A stretch of DNA of 64,000 nt, from NCBI GenBank assembly GCA_951804945.1, contig OX638155.1:35588001-35652000 (forward strand), in the 5' to 3' direction. The stretch's first letter is position 1, and every line of letters begins with the position of its first letter. The DNA is from Podarcis cretensis. Its lineage: Eukaryota. The position numbers were made by a program, and so were the translations under genes. Under the pieces are notes generated by a model that did not search any database, had not been told where the DNA came from, and saw only the letters and a program-made list of their open reading frames with translations. This document shows, in pieces, positions 37,301-48,437 of this stretch.

Positions 37301-40300
37301 CAATTTTAATGGTGAGCCAGTAACAGATCAGTGGCTAACTTATAAAAATAGCCCACAGACAACACCAGCCACACTTACTTCACAACTCTTTCATAAATTG
37401 CTTCTAAAAATTCCAGTTTCCACTTCCCTACCATCTAAAACTTCTTTCAAGATGCCATTGCTTGCCCTAAAAAAAACAAAGAAGCAGGAGCAACAGGTCC
37501 CCAAATCTGAGTATTGCCCAGCAGTTTGGATCAAGCATTGCAGAGACTCAGAGCCTCTTTAAAAGCCCCTTGGGTCTTAATGTTTGACAGCCCTACAGCA
37601 ACAGCAATGATGTAGCTCCTTATCCAGTCCATAGGAACATGGTAGTTCTTCCAGGAGACCAAGATGGTAGGTGGTATAAGTATAAAGAACTTTTACTAAT
37701 TATCTAAATCAAAGGTGGGGAACATTGTGCTGACAACAATGCCTCCAAAGTTACTAACAATATGCATAATGAGATACGTACATGCAAAGCTAATTAACCA
37801 CACAAACCCAGTGCCACATCTAATGCAGAAAATGCCACTAATCCAGCCATTAATTATTCCTTGCAAGTGATAGCTTTCCCTCAGTAAGCATACTGCACTC
37901 TAATTAAAAGTTAGCACCCTCTTATGTTATTTCCTGGGAAATGAAAGCTCAGGGGTACACAATATGATTGGTTAAGATGTCTGTTTGAATCTGCTACAAC
38001 TGTGGCAGGAAATTTAATTGATGTGAACCCTGACAACTACTCATAACTTCTGTATTTTATTTAATATTACCTTGCTCATTCCTGGACACCAGTGAAAACC
38101 CCGTCACAAATTCAGGTCACCACACACTGATAAGCCCCTTCACTCATATCCTCAGGCAGATCAGCTTTTTGGGACATATCCAGAAAGCTGCTCTGCATCT
38201 TCAAGATGCTCTAATACCATCAACTGCTGCTGGAGCTCGCTTCTCTAGCTTTAGCCATTATCCTTTCATTGCCTTTGTCATCCCCATTTCCCTGCCTACG
38301 ATCTGTGTTTGTTATTTTTTTGGATCTAGTATGGGTACCTCACAGGAAGGCACAAATCACTGTCTATCTAAATAAGAAGGGTTTTTTTCCAACTTTTCAG
38401 ACTATGAGGGTTCTTGAGAACCTGAAGAATATATATTTGGCCTTGGGGTTGGCTTGGTGGCACTGCAGAATCCTCTAAACCTAACTGTGATGGTGCACAA
38501 CATGTTGCAATGAAATCCACTTATCAGCTTTCCTGTATTCAACTGTATGCCAAGCCTCTTGTGTCCTTCTACTTTTCGTATGTCATAGATCTTGCTCATT
38601 TACAGCTCTTGCAAAAGCTGAATCTCAGCTATCTGCAAGTGATCCCTTCTTCCAAGTCAGTCTCCAACCCCCCTTCTCCTGGTGCCCAGTCATTAGTATC
38701 CAGCCACCACTCCTCAGTGTCCAGACAGTCCCTGACATCTAGTGATGGAGTTGACATCCGTTCTATCCTTAAGTCTTTTCTAGTCAACTGCTTTCATTGT
38801 AGCAAACCTGTGACTGCAAAAAGCAAAACATCATGTGTGTATATGTCCTCCTACTCAATTTTTTACACCTGAATTAGTGCCACTATGGCATCATATATGC
38901 AAAAAACACAGATGTGTGTTCACTCTGCTCATTATCACTCTTTCCTTCCCCAAAGTAGGTGTGAGAGGGTAGATGACAGTCTGGCATAACTATATTGTTA
39001 TCTGTAAGAACACTGCTATGCCTTTCACTCAAAAGAGAGACTTATCTAGATATTACTGAGAAGTGCTTTTCTCAAAGGAAGAGTATTCCTGTTCTAGCTG
39101 TCTCCATTCATCACTCCTGTGATGAAAGAATACTGAGTTACATAGGAGGATTCATAAGGAACAAATTCTCTCAGAGAGAATATATGTACATATGGAGGAT
39201 CTCCAGTTTCTAATAGTTATGGAACGACTGGATATTATAAAGCATTCCCAAGACATGTAGAAGTGGAAGTGACATGAGCATTTCCAGTGGATTCTTGCTC
39301 TTATTGTGGATGCCCAGGATAATAAGCCTGTGGTCTGCATTAATCTCATAAAGTGGTACCCCTGGTTTTCTTCATGCAAAGCTTAACATATGTTAACTCC
39401 AGATTAATTTTAAACACAAACCTCCACTGTTAACACATTAGTCCCTAATACAGGGCTTCCCCAGAAGATTATGAATTCCATTACTCTCTGCATCTGTTCA
39501 ACTATTACATGTGCTAAGTATCTCATTTGGTCCACACAGCCGCTAAAATGTTAATTACAGCACTCAAATGCGAGCGTATGCATTAGTAAATAACTGTGCT
39601 TGGAAGATGGTTTGTGTTTGTTATAATTGAATACTGTGGTTGCTGTCAGGAAGGGCAGGGAAGTTGCAGTATCAGACTCTAGATGTCAAAAACATTCAAT
39701 ACATATTGCCAAATATCTTTTTCTTTCTTTTTGTTTTTAGGAACTTCTTGTGCCCTCGAGAGACTAAAATGTCATGCTCAGCTGCCCTTGGAAAACACAC
39801 TGCAAAGAGTCCCCCACCCCAAGTAATGGATGACGCCTTTCTGTCAAACTTATATGTGATTCNNNNNNNNNNNNNNNNNNNNNNNNNNNNNNNNNNNNNN
39901 NNNNNNNNNNNNNNNNNNNNNNNNNNNNNNNNNNNNNNNNNNNNNNNNNNNNNNNNNNNNNNNNNNNNNNNNNNNNNNNNNNNNNNNNNNNNNNNNNNNN
40001 NNNNNNNNNNNNNNNNNNNNNNNNNNNNNNNNNNNNNNNNNNNNNNNNNNNNNNNNNNNNNNNNNNNNNNNNNNNNNNNNNNNNNNNNNNNNNNNNNNNN
40101 NNNNNNNNNNNNNNNNNNNNNNNNNNNNNNNNNNNNNNNNNNNNNNNNNNNNNNNNNNNNNNNNNNNNNNNNNNNNNNNNNNNNNNTCTAGTATTTCTGG
40201 TCAGTGTCAATATGCTCTGCATCCTTGCAGTTAACAGATGTCTTCTCTTGTCGAATGAATTACTTTATGTTTCACGCANNNNNNNNNNNNNNNNNNNNNN

Positions 40301-41878
40301 NNNNNNNNNNNNNNNNNNNNNNNNNNNNNNNNNNNNNNNNNNNNNNNNNNNNNNNNNNNNNNNNNNNNNNNNNNNNNNNNNNNNNNNNNNNNNNNNNNNN
40401 NNNNNNNNNNNNNNNNNNNNNNNNNNNNNNNNNNNNNNNNNNNATGAGAGAGCCACTGTGATGGACGCTTCTTGTCAAAAAGCTTATTGATGAAGCACAA
40501 ACCCAATTTACAATCATACAAAGGACTACCTTGCAATTATGTTAGTAATGTAATGCTCCTTAGACTCTACAAATAATACTTAATCATTTCAAGAGAAGCT
40601 AGAGCCACCGTGTTTTGCAAGCTATTTTCATTATTCTCTTCTCATTTTCAATACAGGGAACCCCACTTTTGGGATGGGGTTAAGTGGGACAACCCCATAA
40701 AAATATCATTAACCTGGGTGGTCTTTTTAAAAAAATCACAATAATTTGTTTTAAGTTGAACATCCACATTTTAATGGTGAAACAGTACACATTATTGCAC
40801 AAGCCAAGTATCTTTTAAACTACTGAGGAAATGCAGAAGTACATATTTGCAAAGGACTTAAACCATGGCCACACCAAGGGATGAGTGTCCCCCCCCTTTA
40901 TTCATATCAGTTTAAATACAAAACAGAAATGACCAACAACATGGGAGATTTTGTTTGAAATTTTGGGCAAGTCATTTTCATTTTCAGTCATCCCCTGTAA
41001 AATGGAACAGTAAATCTATCTCATAGGGCAAACAAATAATTATTGTGAGCATTTCTAGTATAAAAATGGTATCTCTTTTTTCTACATATTGCCCTTCTGT
41101 ATCCACAGAGAGGCAAGGGATGTTTTTCTCTTTTATTGGACTTTGGTCATAAACACATAGTTAAAACATTAGCTTAACTTAAAGTAACAGGTGTTCTATC
41201 ACAGTAACCGATCTTACAGCGTTTAGACTGGGGCACCCAAATCAGGAAATATATCAACAGCACTAATTCTATAAATAACATTCATTCATAGAATACAGTT
41301 AAAAGTTGTACCTGTTTTATCAGTCAGTAGATACACCAAACGACCTAGTTCTTCAGGTATGGTGCTTGTTCGGACAACTGTTCCAGGTATATTGTCATCT
41401 TTCATAATCATCCAGCCATAGGCTGCTTTGCCCATATCTAGGTTCACACGTAAACTGAAAAATACACATATGTCCCTCTTGTGTTTAACAACTTCACTCT
41501 TTACGACAGTAAACAAAACGTTAAACCAATAGCTGAGTTTATCTAAATAAGCAATTGATGGTCCTATGAGCTGGAGCTTTATATTAAGAGGCAAGCATGT
41601 TCAAATTGTATTAAAAATAGTTCGAAGCGCTAGTTATGCTTTAATCACTCAATTAACTGTGGATGCAACCCAGGAAAATTTTCTTCCTGACTCTCACAGA
41701 AATCAGGATTTAGGCACATCTAATCTTTCCTTTTATCAGTAGATTATTCAATTTAGTGTTTGTGCTTGACATTTCAATCTTAGACCACTGCACTGATATA
41801 TTTTCTTGTTAAGATGTAGTTAAGTCCTGGTTCATAAAGGCATTGTGGCAGATGAAAATCCTGAGCATTTATATATAT

Positions 41879-41909
<31 letters not shown>

Positions 41910-44900
41910 TATCACAATAAACACATTTTCAGTTTTTAGCATGTTTGCACACACAATCACAATGCTGCAAGTGCGCACTTCACCAAAACAATTAGCCTCT
42001 TGTCACTCTGCCCTCACAACATCCCTCCTTAAAAACCTACGTTGGCTTTGTGTGCACATGTGGATCCACCACAAACTCCTTACCCTTCAGTGTCTTCCAC
42101 TGCCCTGATGGCCCTTACCACTCCCTCTTATATCCTCTCATGTCCCTTCTTGTGGTTTCATTCATCCAGTCCCACAAACCTCAGCCTGCTGAATGTTTCC
42201 TGCTCCCCGAAACAACTCTACCTTTTCTTGCCTGGTATTGTGTCCTGCATGCAGCCACCTTACTTCCTTCAAATACTGTCTAAAAACCTCTGTTTTCTAT
42301 GACGCTTTTGTCACAAACCCTTATCTACTATAACTATACCTTAGTTTGTATAATTGGAAACCATATCCTTCCCTTCTAACTCTTGCATTTGTATTCACAC
42401 CTCACGCTGTTCTTTCCTTTGCACTGAATTTTACATTGGTGCTTTAGATTTGCAAAACACTATGCACGCTGATGGCATCATATTAAATAGCCTTTTCCTT
42501 GCACGATACTGTAGCAAATGTAAGTTATTAACAAGTATCTTCTTAAAGCAATGCTCTCCTTTGAACCTAGTGTTTATTAAATTAAATAGAAGCAGAACAT
42601 ATATATTAAAATGGACAGGTATAGCATAATTACTGTTGTCTATCCTCTGGTAACTTCTAGGTTAGATTACTCCAACTTGTTATAGGTGGGGCCGTCTCTG
42701 AAGACAGTTCAGAAACTTCAGTTAGTGCAGAATTCAGCACCCAGTCAGTCAGTCAGTCAGTCAGTTTTATTGCACATAGCCAAAGGCTGCCGCAATGTAC
42801 ACAGAATCATTCAACAATTAAAAGAAAATATACTGGGTTGATACAAAAAACATTTATGTTATCAAGACACTACCTACTACCTTAATATACAAATTAAGAC
42901 ATTAAACAGAATTCAGCACCCAGGTTCCTCACTAGGATAAGATGGTTTGAGCAAATAACACCAATTCTGGCCTGACTGCACTGGCTGCCAGTTAATTTCC
43001 GGGCCCAATTCACAGTGTTGGCTTAGACTTATAAAGCCTTAAATAGCTCAGGACCACAATACCTCAAGGACAGGCTCTTCCCATATGGACTGACTCAGAC
43101 CCTGCAATCATCATTTGAGGCCCTTGTTCGTGTGCCAGCTCCACAAGAGTTCTGGAAGGAGGCAACATGAGAACGGGCCTTTTCTGTGGTGGCTCCCCAC
43201 TTGTGGAATGCTCTCCCCAGGGATGAAAAGGGTAGGAAGAGTGACTGAGGGAAGGCATTAAAAACCCAAAGCACTTCCTGTCAAGTTCTGCCTACTGACA
43301 TGAATGACAAGTAGTAGCAGAATAGCAATGAATGTTCATTGCTGAAAAGATGAGAATGATTGGAAGCTAACGTGCCAGATGCATATACTGTACAGAAAAA
43401 GGGCAACTTTATAACCAACACTATATAAGGCCCATGCACCCTTTGGGATATAGCTAAAACTGAATGCATATTTTCGTCTCCCACCAATCTTCCCTACAGT
43501 ATGCCTTAGATAAAATGAGAGAAGCTTTTATAGATATCCAACACTCGTGCCCATTAGGGACCCTTCGTGGTCTATTAAAACATTTTTTCCTCTTGGTGCT
43601 AGCATTATCATGGCATCAAGCTGTGTTAATGTTCACTGCTTGCTTTAAAAACAAACAAACAAAAAACAGAATGAATGTGTGTTTACACACTGGAAACTTT
43701 GAGTACACAGCTTTTAAAGACCAACATAAATAAGGGTTCACTAAATGGCAACCCATTCCTGAGTGGGCAATCTTGATGGCATTTTCCTTAAAAGAACAGG
43801 GGAGCACCTCACTCTAAAGAACCAACATAAATATAAAAGAGATCCCTTAAAAATATAGATCAGGGAGTGGGTGGAAGTGTTATGTAATTTGTCCCTAATG
43901 ATAGTTCTGGCAACAGCTAATAATTGAAATTGGGTCAATTAGGCACAATATATATGGGCAGGTTTGGAATTCTTGGTTCTGTATTGGCACTGCTTAGATG
44001 TAGCAGGAAGCAAGTTTTCTGATATCAGAAACAAGCTGCAGGATTGTGTGTACTCTAACCATTTGCTTTGAAATCCCCCGCCACTTGTCTCTATTTATGC
44101 AATGGCATTCTATAGAGCCTATACAATTGAAGAGAACATGTTACTTGCATGGGGGAAACAGCATTTCCCCAGCCACAAAATATCACACTCTGAGCACTGG
44201 GCAAATATAACTGTAAAAGCGCAACATTGAGAAAGAGTGTCAGGATTCCGCGCAACAACTAACTGTGCAATTACTGTGCTAAAAAAGTCCTCTGGAAAGG
44301 CCCTAAGATAATGTTCTGTTATTCTGTTAGTCACTACCTTGCCAGCATTGCAGAATGCTGATCTCCTGATGGGCTAATAGTATCCTTTCACCCGATGATT
44401 TACTTAGAATAGTTTTGTAGTGTCATGCACAATAACTTCCAGCTGCCTTTAGCCCAAATAAAATTCCTTAGGGGAGCTGTGATAGAAATATTTGACCTGT
44501 AGTAGCAAAAGAACTAAAAGGGAAGCAAATAAAACTATTTCTTTCCAACTTATGCTTGATTCCATACCTGCAATTGTCAACTTCACGTGATTATTATGAC
44601 CATGTGGTTAAGCATCACATCAGCATTGCAATAACTATTAAATCTTTGGGAAGTCTTAAATACCTCCCCAAAGCAGCATTTTCTAGATTCTAATGGAGAC
44701 AAAGCCTTGTGGCAACACATTTTCTTGATGCAGAAACTGGCAACTCAAAAGTAATGCCAATACTATGTTACCTAGTAAGATGTAATCTAAAGGAAACTGT
44801 GCATCATAATTACAGTCTGAAAAGTGTGGTCAGAGCATTGTCAGCTGAGTTAAAATGAAAATTGTCACTGAAAACCCATCATTTCAAATGCATAATGCCA

Positions 44901-47204
44901 GACTCGGGTAGAGCAGGGAGGATACCCATGGTCTGGCAGTCTGCTCTTGATCTGTGAATTGTGGTTCTTCTATATCCCTGAAGTGCCAAATCAAGAATTT
45001 CAAATACTGCTCGTGTATATGGCCTCCATTTCTGAATTTGTGATAACAGAATATGTGATTTAACTTTAGAGAGACACTTGATAGTTTAACAAACACAAAC
45101 TTGTTTTCTTTATCTGGATACTCCTAACGCTTATAAAACTTTTTTTTTAAGGGACAGGAAGTCAGACCAAGAATTGATGTATTAAAATGATTAGCATAGA
45201 GCTTCCTACATCTCTAGACACACAAAATTACAGGCACAAATATACAGATTTATTTGTAATGATTAACCAAAGGTAGCAAAAAGTAGCAAGCCAATTTACT
45301 AAGACAAGTTTTTTACTAAGACAAAAATAAAGCTCTAGCCATCATTATGGTACCAGACCTTATTTCATATCATGCCTTACTTTCCAGAAATAGGTCCAGT
45401 GTGAATTATTTTTACAAATGAAATTCCTATCCCAGAACAATAGTTATTGAAAAAAACATATGTTTGGGTTTCTTTTTTAAAAAAAAGCCCTAAAACCTAA
45501 CCAAGCCATGCTTGTTTCTGTGAATCAGCAGAAATTAATAGACCTATGGCCATTAATTTCAGTGGGTATATTCTGAGTAGGAATAACTCGATCCAAAGTT
45601 ACACGTCTGAAGAGTAGCTACTGCCTTTAGTCACCCAGTTTGCAGCACTGCTGCTCCTCCCATCTTCACCGGTCACACCAGAAAAAGTCTTGGAACTTTA
45701 AAAGTAATGAACTTCTAAAATGAGATCTGGTGGAAATTAAAGCTTTGTGTAAATCACAACTACTACTTTGTTGCTCCTGATTTTTAATCCCACTTGTGTG
45801 AAGCCTAGTTATTAAGCAGTTTAAGGGAAAGATACACGCTGAAAGACACACTATTTCAAAGGCATTTTCTTTATAAGTTCCAGTGCTAAACCATGGCACA
45901 GAAAAGAGGTATTGGGTAATAATCCAATATGCTCATTCACCCAAATTAGACCCTCTTTAGATTACTTTTATATGCATTCAGTTATTTGTGCCCTTTAGGG
46001 TACATTTAGCTCTTGGACCAATTTTTTCATCAGATAGCGTAAGACTAAGAAAATGGGGTTGGCGTCAGCGAGGAATACCTTGGCTAAAGAATTGACCCAA
46101 TGAAGCCAAGGAGTCTGCTAACACTTTTGTCAAACAGCTACAGAGGTAGAAGAATTCTAATCAGATCGTGGTCCATGCATGTCTTAAACCTGTTTTATTC
46201 TAGGTTTCTGCAACTCCTGTGGACACAGGAAAATGACTCATCACTTAGATCACTGTCCAGTTTGGCTATCTGCAGCTTTGTTCTATACATCAAGAATCTG
46301 TGTTGATTTTTTTTAATGTGCTGGTCACTCCTGTCACACCAAGTCTACAATTAGAGCTAAAAGGAATAATATCAACCAGTAGCATAAGTTACCTTTGAGT
46401 AGTCCAGAGTGATTTTTTCTACTGAGAAATATTCCACCAAGGTAAAATGTTTTAAATGAAAGCTGGTTTTGCAAATTACAAGATCACAGTAATGTCTGTT
46501 CATTCCTTTGTTTTGCATAACTAAATAGTTAATAAATTGAACTATTCAGAAGACATCTTATTTACTTGAGATCTCCAGCATAACCCATAATATATTTAAC
46601 TTTAAAATATAGAGGGGGCCAATAACCTAACACTAAAGATATCTAAATAGCAGGGTAAAAATGTTTTCATGCACAATGCTTTAACTAGAAGAATGGGATA
46701 AATTATGAATGCCTGAATAAAATCAAGCAAGCCTTTAAAATACACAATGTATTTTCTGATATACAAATATTACACCCTTTAAAAAGCATTAATGCAAGTA
46801 ATATGATTATTACATGGAATATTTCAGCTAGATTTAACATTATACAAACAAGTACAACAGAATGGTTTTTTGGTACAGTGATCTCTTCAGTATCTGCAGA
46901 TTTGCTGGTACCTTCTACTACAGCTTCCTGATAAGATCAATTTCCTACACAATGAGAACTGAAGGTACAGGTTTTTTTTGTTTTTTTAAAACTACATTTA
47001 GTGAAATTAGACATCTGTGTTTCTCTCTTGTTCTTATACGTACCTGATAGGGATTATGTAGGAAAAAAGAAGAAGAAATCGAAAAAGGTTGCGGTACCAT
47101 GGTCCCACAAATCCTTGCAAGGTTACCATAACAATGGAAAGTGCAACTAAAGCCAAGAACAGTGCTTTGGTCAGTTGATTCAGTTCAAGATCCAGCAGGC
47201 CAAC
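10181..47204 (-). CDS. ATP9B: ATP9B, probable phospholipid-transporting ATPase IIB (P4-ATPase); 5'-partial, 19 coding exons in window, 778 aa
   Basis: 19 exons with GT..AG boundaries and consistent phases join into one open frame (2337 nt incl. TAA). Motifs: IIPISL (TM4), DKTGT phosphorylation site, [42 protein letters not shown]. Segments [40 protein letters not shown] and the [12 protein letters not shown] exon match ATP9B rather than ATP9A (from recalled human sequences). Confidence 0.96.
10957..10989 (-). CDS. ATP9B: ATP9B 33-nt symmetric cassette exon: (G)[10 protein letters not shown](D)
   Basis: gagcag|GT ATA GGC AGA GTG TCT TTT GGA GCT TTC TTA G|gtaggt; phase 1-1; preceded by a long pyrimidine tract. 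Confidence 0.9.
11505..11708 (-). CDS. ATP9B: ATP9B exon (204 nt): [10 protein letters not shown]...FLNEYF
   Basis: tcag|GT GGC; TTT G|gtgagt; hydrophobic TM segments. Confidence 0.95.
12056..12113 (-). CDS. ATP9B: ATP9B exon (58 nt): [19 protein letters not shown](G)
   Basis: ttag|GGA; CAA G|gtaag. Confidence 0.95.
12898..13006 (-). CDS. ATP9B: ATP9B exon (109 nt): [13 protein letters not shown]...YKDLTK
   Basis: ccctgag|G TAT (rare GAG acceptor); AAG|gtaag. Confidence 0.94.
13584..13648 (-). CDS. ATP9B: ATP9B exon (65 nt): [21 protein letters not shown](G)
   Basis: ctag|GCT; GG|gtaagt. Confidence 0.95.
13768..13923 (-). CDS. ATP9B: ATP9B exon (156 nt): [12 protein letters not shown]...IISTMQ
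   Basis: ttag|GAA; CAG|gtat. Confidence 0.95.
14197..14261 (-). CDS. ATP9B: ATP9B exon (65 nt): (G)[21 protein letters not shown]
   Basis: tcag|GT GAT; AAG|gtat; P-domain hinge motif. Confidence 0.95.
15209..15353 (-). CDS. ATP9B: ATP9B exon (145 nt): [10 protein letters not shown]...CCRCSPTQK...TCAI(G)
   Basis: gtag|GTC; ATA G|gtaag. Confidence 0.95.
15846..15935 (-). CDS. ATP9B: ATP9B exon (90 nt): [10 protein letters not shown]...ISGDSLE
   Basis: ttaag|GTT; GAG|gtaag. Confidence 0.94.
15965..16095. other. N-run (131 nt)
   Basis: Direct reading. Confidence 1.
17059..17157 (-). CDS. ATP9B: ATP9B exon (99 nt): [12 protein letters not shown]...IFRP
   Basis: tag|ATA; CCT|gtaagt; WMLTGDK motif. 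Confidence 0.95.
18082..18252 (-). CDS. ATP9B: ATP9B exon (171 nt): NRYNQAK...TGVEDQLQ...NAGIK
   Basis: aatag|AAT; AAG|gtac; 57 codons. Confidence 0.95.
18330..18497 (-). mobile_element. CR1 LINE 3' fragment, degraded
   Basis: Resembles the reverse complement of squamate CR1 3'UTRs (TAGTCCA..CTGTTCTCACA..GGCCAAC..GAAGCATACTGC). Confidence 0.55.
18526..18969. mobile_element. hAT (Charlie-like) non-autonomous element
   Basis: Ends CAGAGATTTTCAACC...GGCTGAAAACCACTG; degenerate 8-bp TSD TCTTAAAT/TCTTAGAG. Confidence 0.7.
19381..19464 (-). CDS. ATP9B: ATP9B exon (84 nt): [12 protein letters not shown]...QDFE
   Basis: ttttag|TGT; GAG|gtaaa; EGLRTL motif. Confidence 0.95.
20400..20845 (+). mobile_element. 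Old L2 LINE 3' fragment
   Basis: Degenerate LHW.P..F.VL.L.FK..N.L...YL coding pattern, then AGGGCCTTTTC and an AT-rich tail. Confidence 0.55.
21964..22056 (-). CDS. ATP9B: ATP9B exon (93 nt): [15 protein letters not shown]...WLEEE
   Basis: gcag|GAT; GAG|gtaag; KGAD motif. Confidence 0.95.
22297..22458 (-). CDS. ATP9B: ATP9B exon (162 nt): [10 protein letters not shown]...KRMGIIVR
   Basis: tatag|GTA; AGA|gtaagt; [11 protein letters not shown]-domain motif. Confidence 0.96.
22641..22890. mobile_element. Tc1/mariner (Tigger/pogo-like) MITE, degraded
   Basis: Left TIR CAGTCGTACCTTGG, right remnant CAAGGTATC; same terminal type as the 53398 element. Confidence 0.6.
22916..23277 (+). mobile_element. 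Sauria SINE (Squam1-type), full length, young
   Basis: 3 substitutions versus the 4195 copy; TSD TATTCATAAACCC (22901-22913 and 23278-23290); (ACCTTT)n tail. Confidence 0.94.
23406..23829. mobile_element. hAT non-autonomous element
   Basis: CAGG...CCTG termini; 8-bp TSD CTCTATAA/TTCTATAA; GGCC-rich subterminal motifs. Confidence 0.65.
25314..25341 (+). repeat. (AC)14 microsatellite
   Basis: Direct reading. Confidence 0.97.
27521..27610 (+). repeat. (AATAT)n pentanucleotide microsatellite, ~18 units with one interruption
   Basis: Direct reading. Confidence 0.95.
28783..29027 (-). mobile_element. Older, 5'-truncated and internally deleted Sauria SINE
   Basis: AAAGGTAAAGG..AAAGGTACCCCTG (reverse tail), ACTCTGGGGTTG, TTTACCTTCCC, TATTTATCTACTTGCAC and GAACTGCTAGG match the reverse complement of the young copies. 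Confidence 0.85.
29105..29353 (-). CDS. ATP9B: ATP9B exon (249 nt): VHSQSSG...YQASSPDE
   Basis: ttaaag|GTG; GAG|gtaag; 83 codons; includes ALCHNV and YQASSPDE. Confidence 0.96.
29415..30248. mobile_element. Probable old hAT-like element (possibly nested fragments)
   Basis: CAGGGGTGAGAAAC...GGTTCCCTAACTCTG termini; no TSD recovered. Confidence 0.4.
32280..32460 (+). mobile_element. CORE/MIR-like SINE remnant
   Basis: CTCAGTT..TTTCCTACATCTGTATAATGGGG CORE-like motif preceded by a degenerate tRNA-like head. Confidence 0.5.
32975..33087 (-). CDS. ATP9B: ATP9B exon (113 nt): [10 protein letters not shown]...IINSYSQ
   Basis: acag|GT ACA; CAG|gtat; within ORF 32876..33151. Confidence 0.95.
39863..40443. 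other. Two N-runs (39863-40186, 324 nt; 40279-40443, 165 nt)
   Basis: Direct reading. Confidence 1.
40960..41070 (+). mobile_element. MIR-like CORE remnant
   Basis: TTGGGCAAGTCA...CTGTAAAATGG..CTCATAGGG. Confidence 0.45.
41312..41454 (-). CDS. ATP9B: ATP9B exon (143 nt): [10 protein letters not shown]...YLLTDKT(G)
   Basis: tttcag|T TTA; ACA G|gtac; contains the phosphorylated Asp of DKTGT. Confidence 0.96.
41879..41909 (+). repeat. (AG)n microsatellite adjoining (TA)n
   Basis: Direct reading. Confidence 0.9.
41990..42315 (+). mobile_element. Ancient L2 3' fragment
   Basis: Degenerate [15 protein letters not shown] pattern and CCTTCAAA..TAAAAAC..TGACGC end motif. Confidence 0.45.
42640..43220 (+). 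mobile_element. L2 LINE ORF2 3' fragment, split by a younger insertion
   Basis: Degenerate LVTSRLDY.N...KLQLVQNSA..., ITPIL..LHWLP..RAQF..., [13 protein letters not shown]. Confidence 0.8.
42745..42906 (-). mobile_element. 5'-truncated non-LTR retro-insertion (162 bp) with AATAAA-(ACTG)n tail
   Basis: Perfect 17-bp TSD CAGAATTCAGCACCCAG (42728-42744 and 42907-42923). Confidence 0.85.
47044..47204 (-). CDS. ATP9B: ATP9B coding exon 1 of 19 in window (161 nt): [10 protein letters not shown]...FSYIIPIS
   Basis: ctttag|GTTGGC acceptor; ATCAG|gtacg donor (phase 2); covers TM3-TM4. Not in the ORF track. Confidence 0.95.
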
Positions 47205-48359
47205 CTAAAGGAAGCAACATAAATTCAGAAATTATTAGGCTGTACAAATACTTCTACAATGTTATACTTATATACAGTATAAAAAAAGAGAAAAAACAGC
47301 CACTCCTTTTGCAATCTGAGATTTCTGAGCCAATCTCGATGTGAGTGACTGTGAAGGTGAGAAAAGTCGGTTTCAGATCAATTACTCAGTCAATACTATT
47401 TTCAAGCTTCGAAGCCTATACCCTATCACTTCTGAGGGTACTTCAGAAATGTTTTCCGAAGAGTGGCATAGATGTTACACTCCCCACGGTAAATTCTGTG
47501 TAACCATAGCCCTCTTTGGGCATTGTTTGCTCCTGAATATGTCATCGAAGGTGCAAGGATTGGGACCATGCTGGATGGTCCCTGTCTGCAACATCACATG
47601 CACTTCTCCTAACGTCTGTGTTCACAGCACAAATATCTGTAAGGATGGGCCATTTGTGCATCATTGCATACATGGAGGTTCCACCTACAACTAGAACTTG
47701 GACAGTTAGGATCCCAGATCCTGAGGAAACCTTGGCGCATAGAACCATATGTGTGAAGGCACCTTCCCTGCAGATGTTCATTTTTATGGAAGTATACTAG
47801 GGAAAGAACACATGACATCTGGAGCTGGTTTGGCCATCAACCCGCATGGAGGGCGGTGGCTGAAGAATCTGGAAAGTACCACGTCAGGGAAGACTTCTGT
47901 AAACCATGAAAAAGTGCCAACCGTGTGACAAGTCTTTCAAGTTGCAACTCATGAAGAAAACCAACTGCTTTTAGCTAGTGCTGTATGTACTGCATGATAT
48001 TAGGAAGATAACATTTTGTGGCAACTAATTCTAATTTTGTAATCAGAAAGACCAAATTGCCTTTATTTATTCTAATTATGCATGTTTGCATGAGGTGCTC
48101 CTTACATAATTTAATGCATAGATTTTACTATTCTGGTTCTATTGGTACTAGGAGGGGGGAGACAGAGAAAAATGCAGAGCACTGAAGCATTGTTCCTGAA
48201 TACTGGATATCTTATTCCATCTCCCTCAACACTAATTCTTCTGAGATTTCAAACTTTGCTTGTACACTTTCAAACATTTTGGCTAACACAAAATAATGAC
48301 ATTTTAAAACTATTTTTAAGGTAATCGGCAAAACAACACTGCCAACATGGGTTTTCCTT

Positions 48360-48437
48360 AGACATTTTGCCAGGACACTGCTTCCAACTGCAGTATTCAG
48401 GGTATGTCTGGGAAATTCTGGACGTATGGCAACCCTA
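48360..48437. mobile_element. hAT (Tip100-like) terminal fragment
   Basis: Ends in GGACGTATGGCAACCCTA (TAGGGTTGCCA-type terminus). Confidence 0.45.

Noticed and set aside
39640-40536. ORFs spanning N-runs (also 15937, 49437-50076 and 57618-58247)
   Set aside because: Artefacts of translating through Ns.
10181-47204. Assignment as ATP9A because of the [11 protein letters not shown]-terminus
   Set aside because: Diagnostic internal segments and the 33-nt exon match ATP9B.
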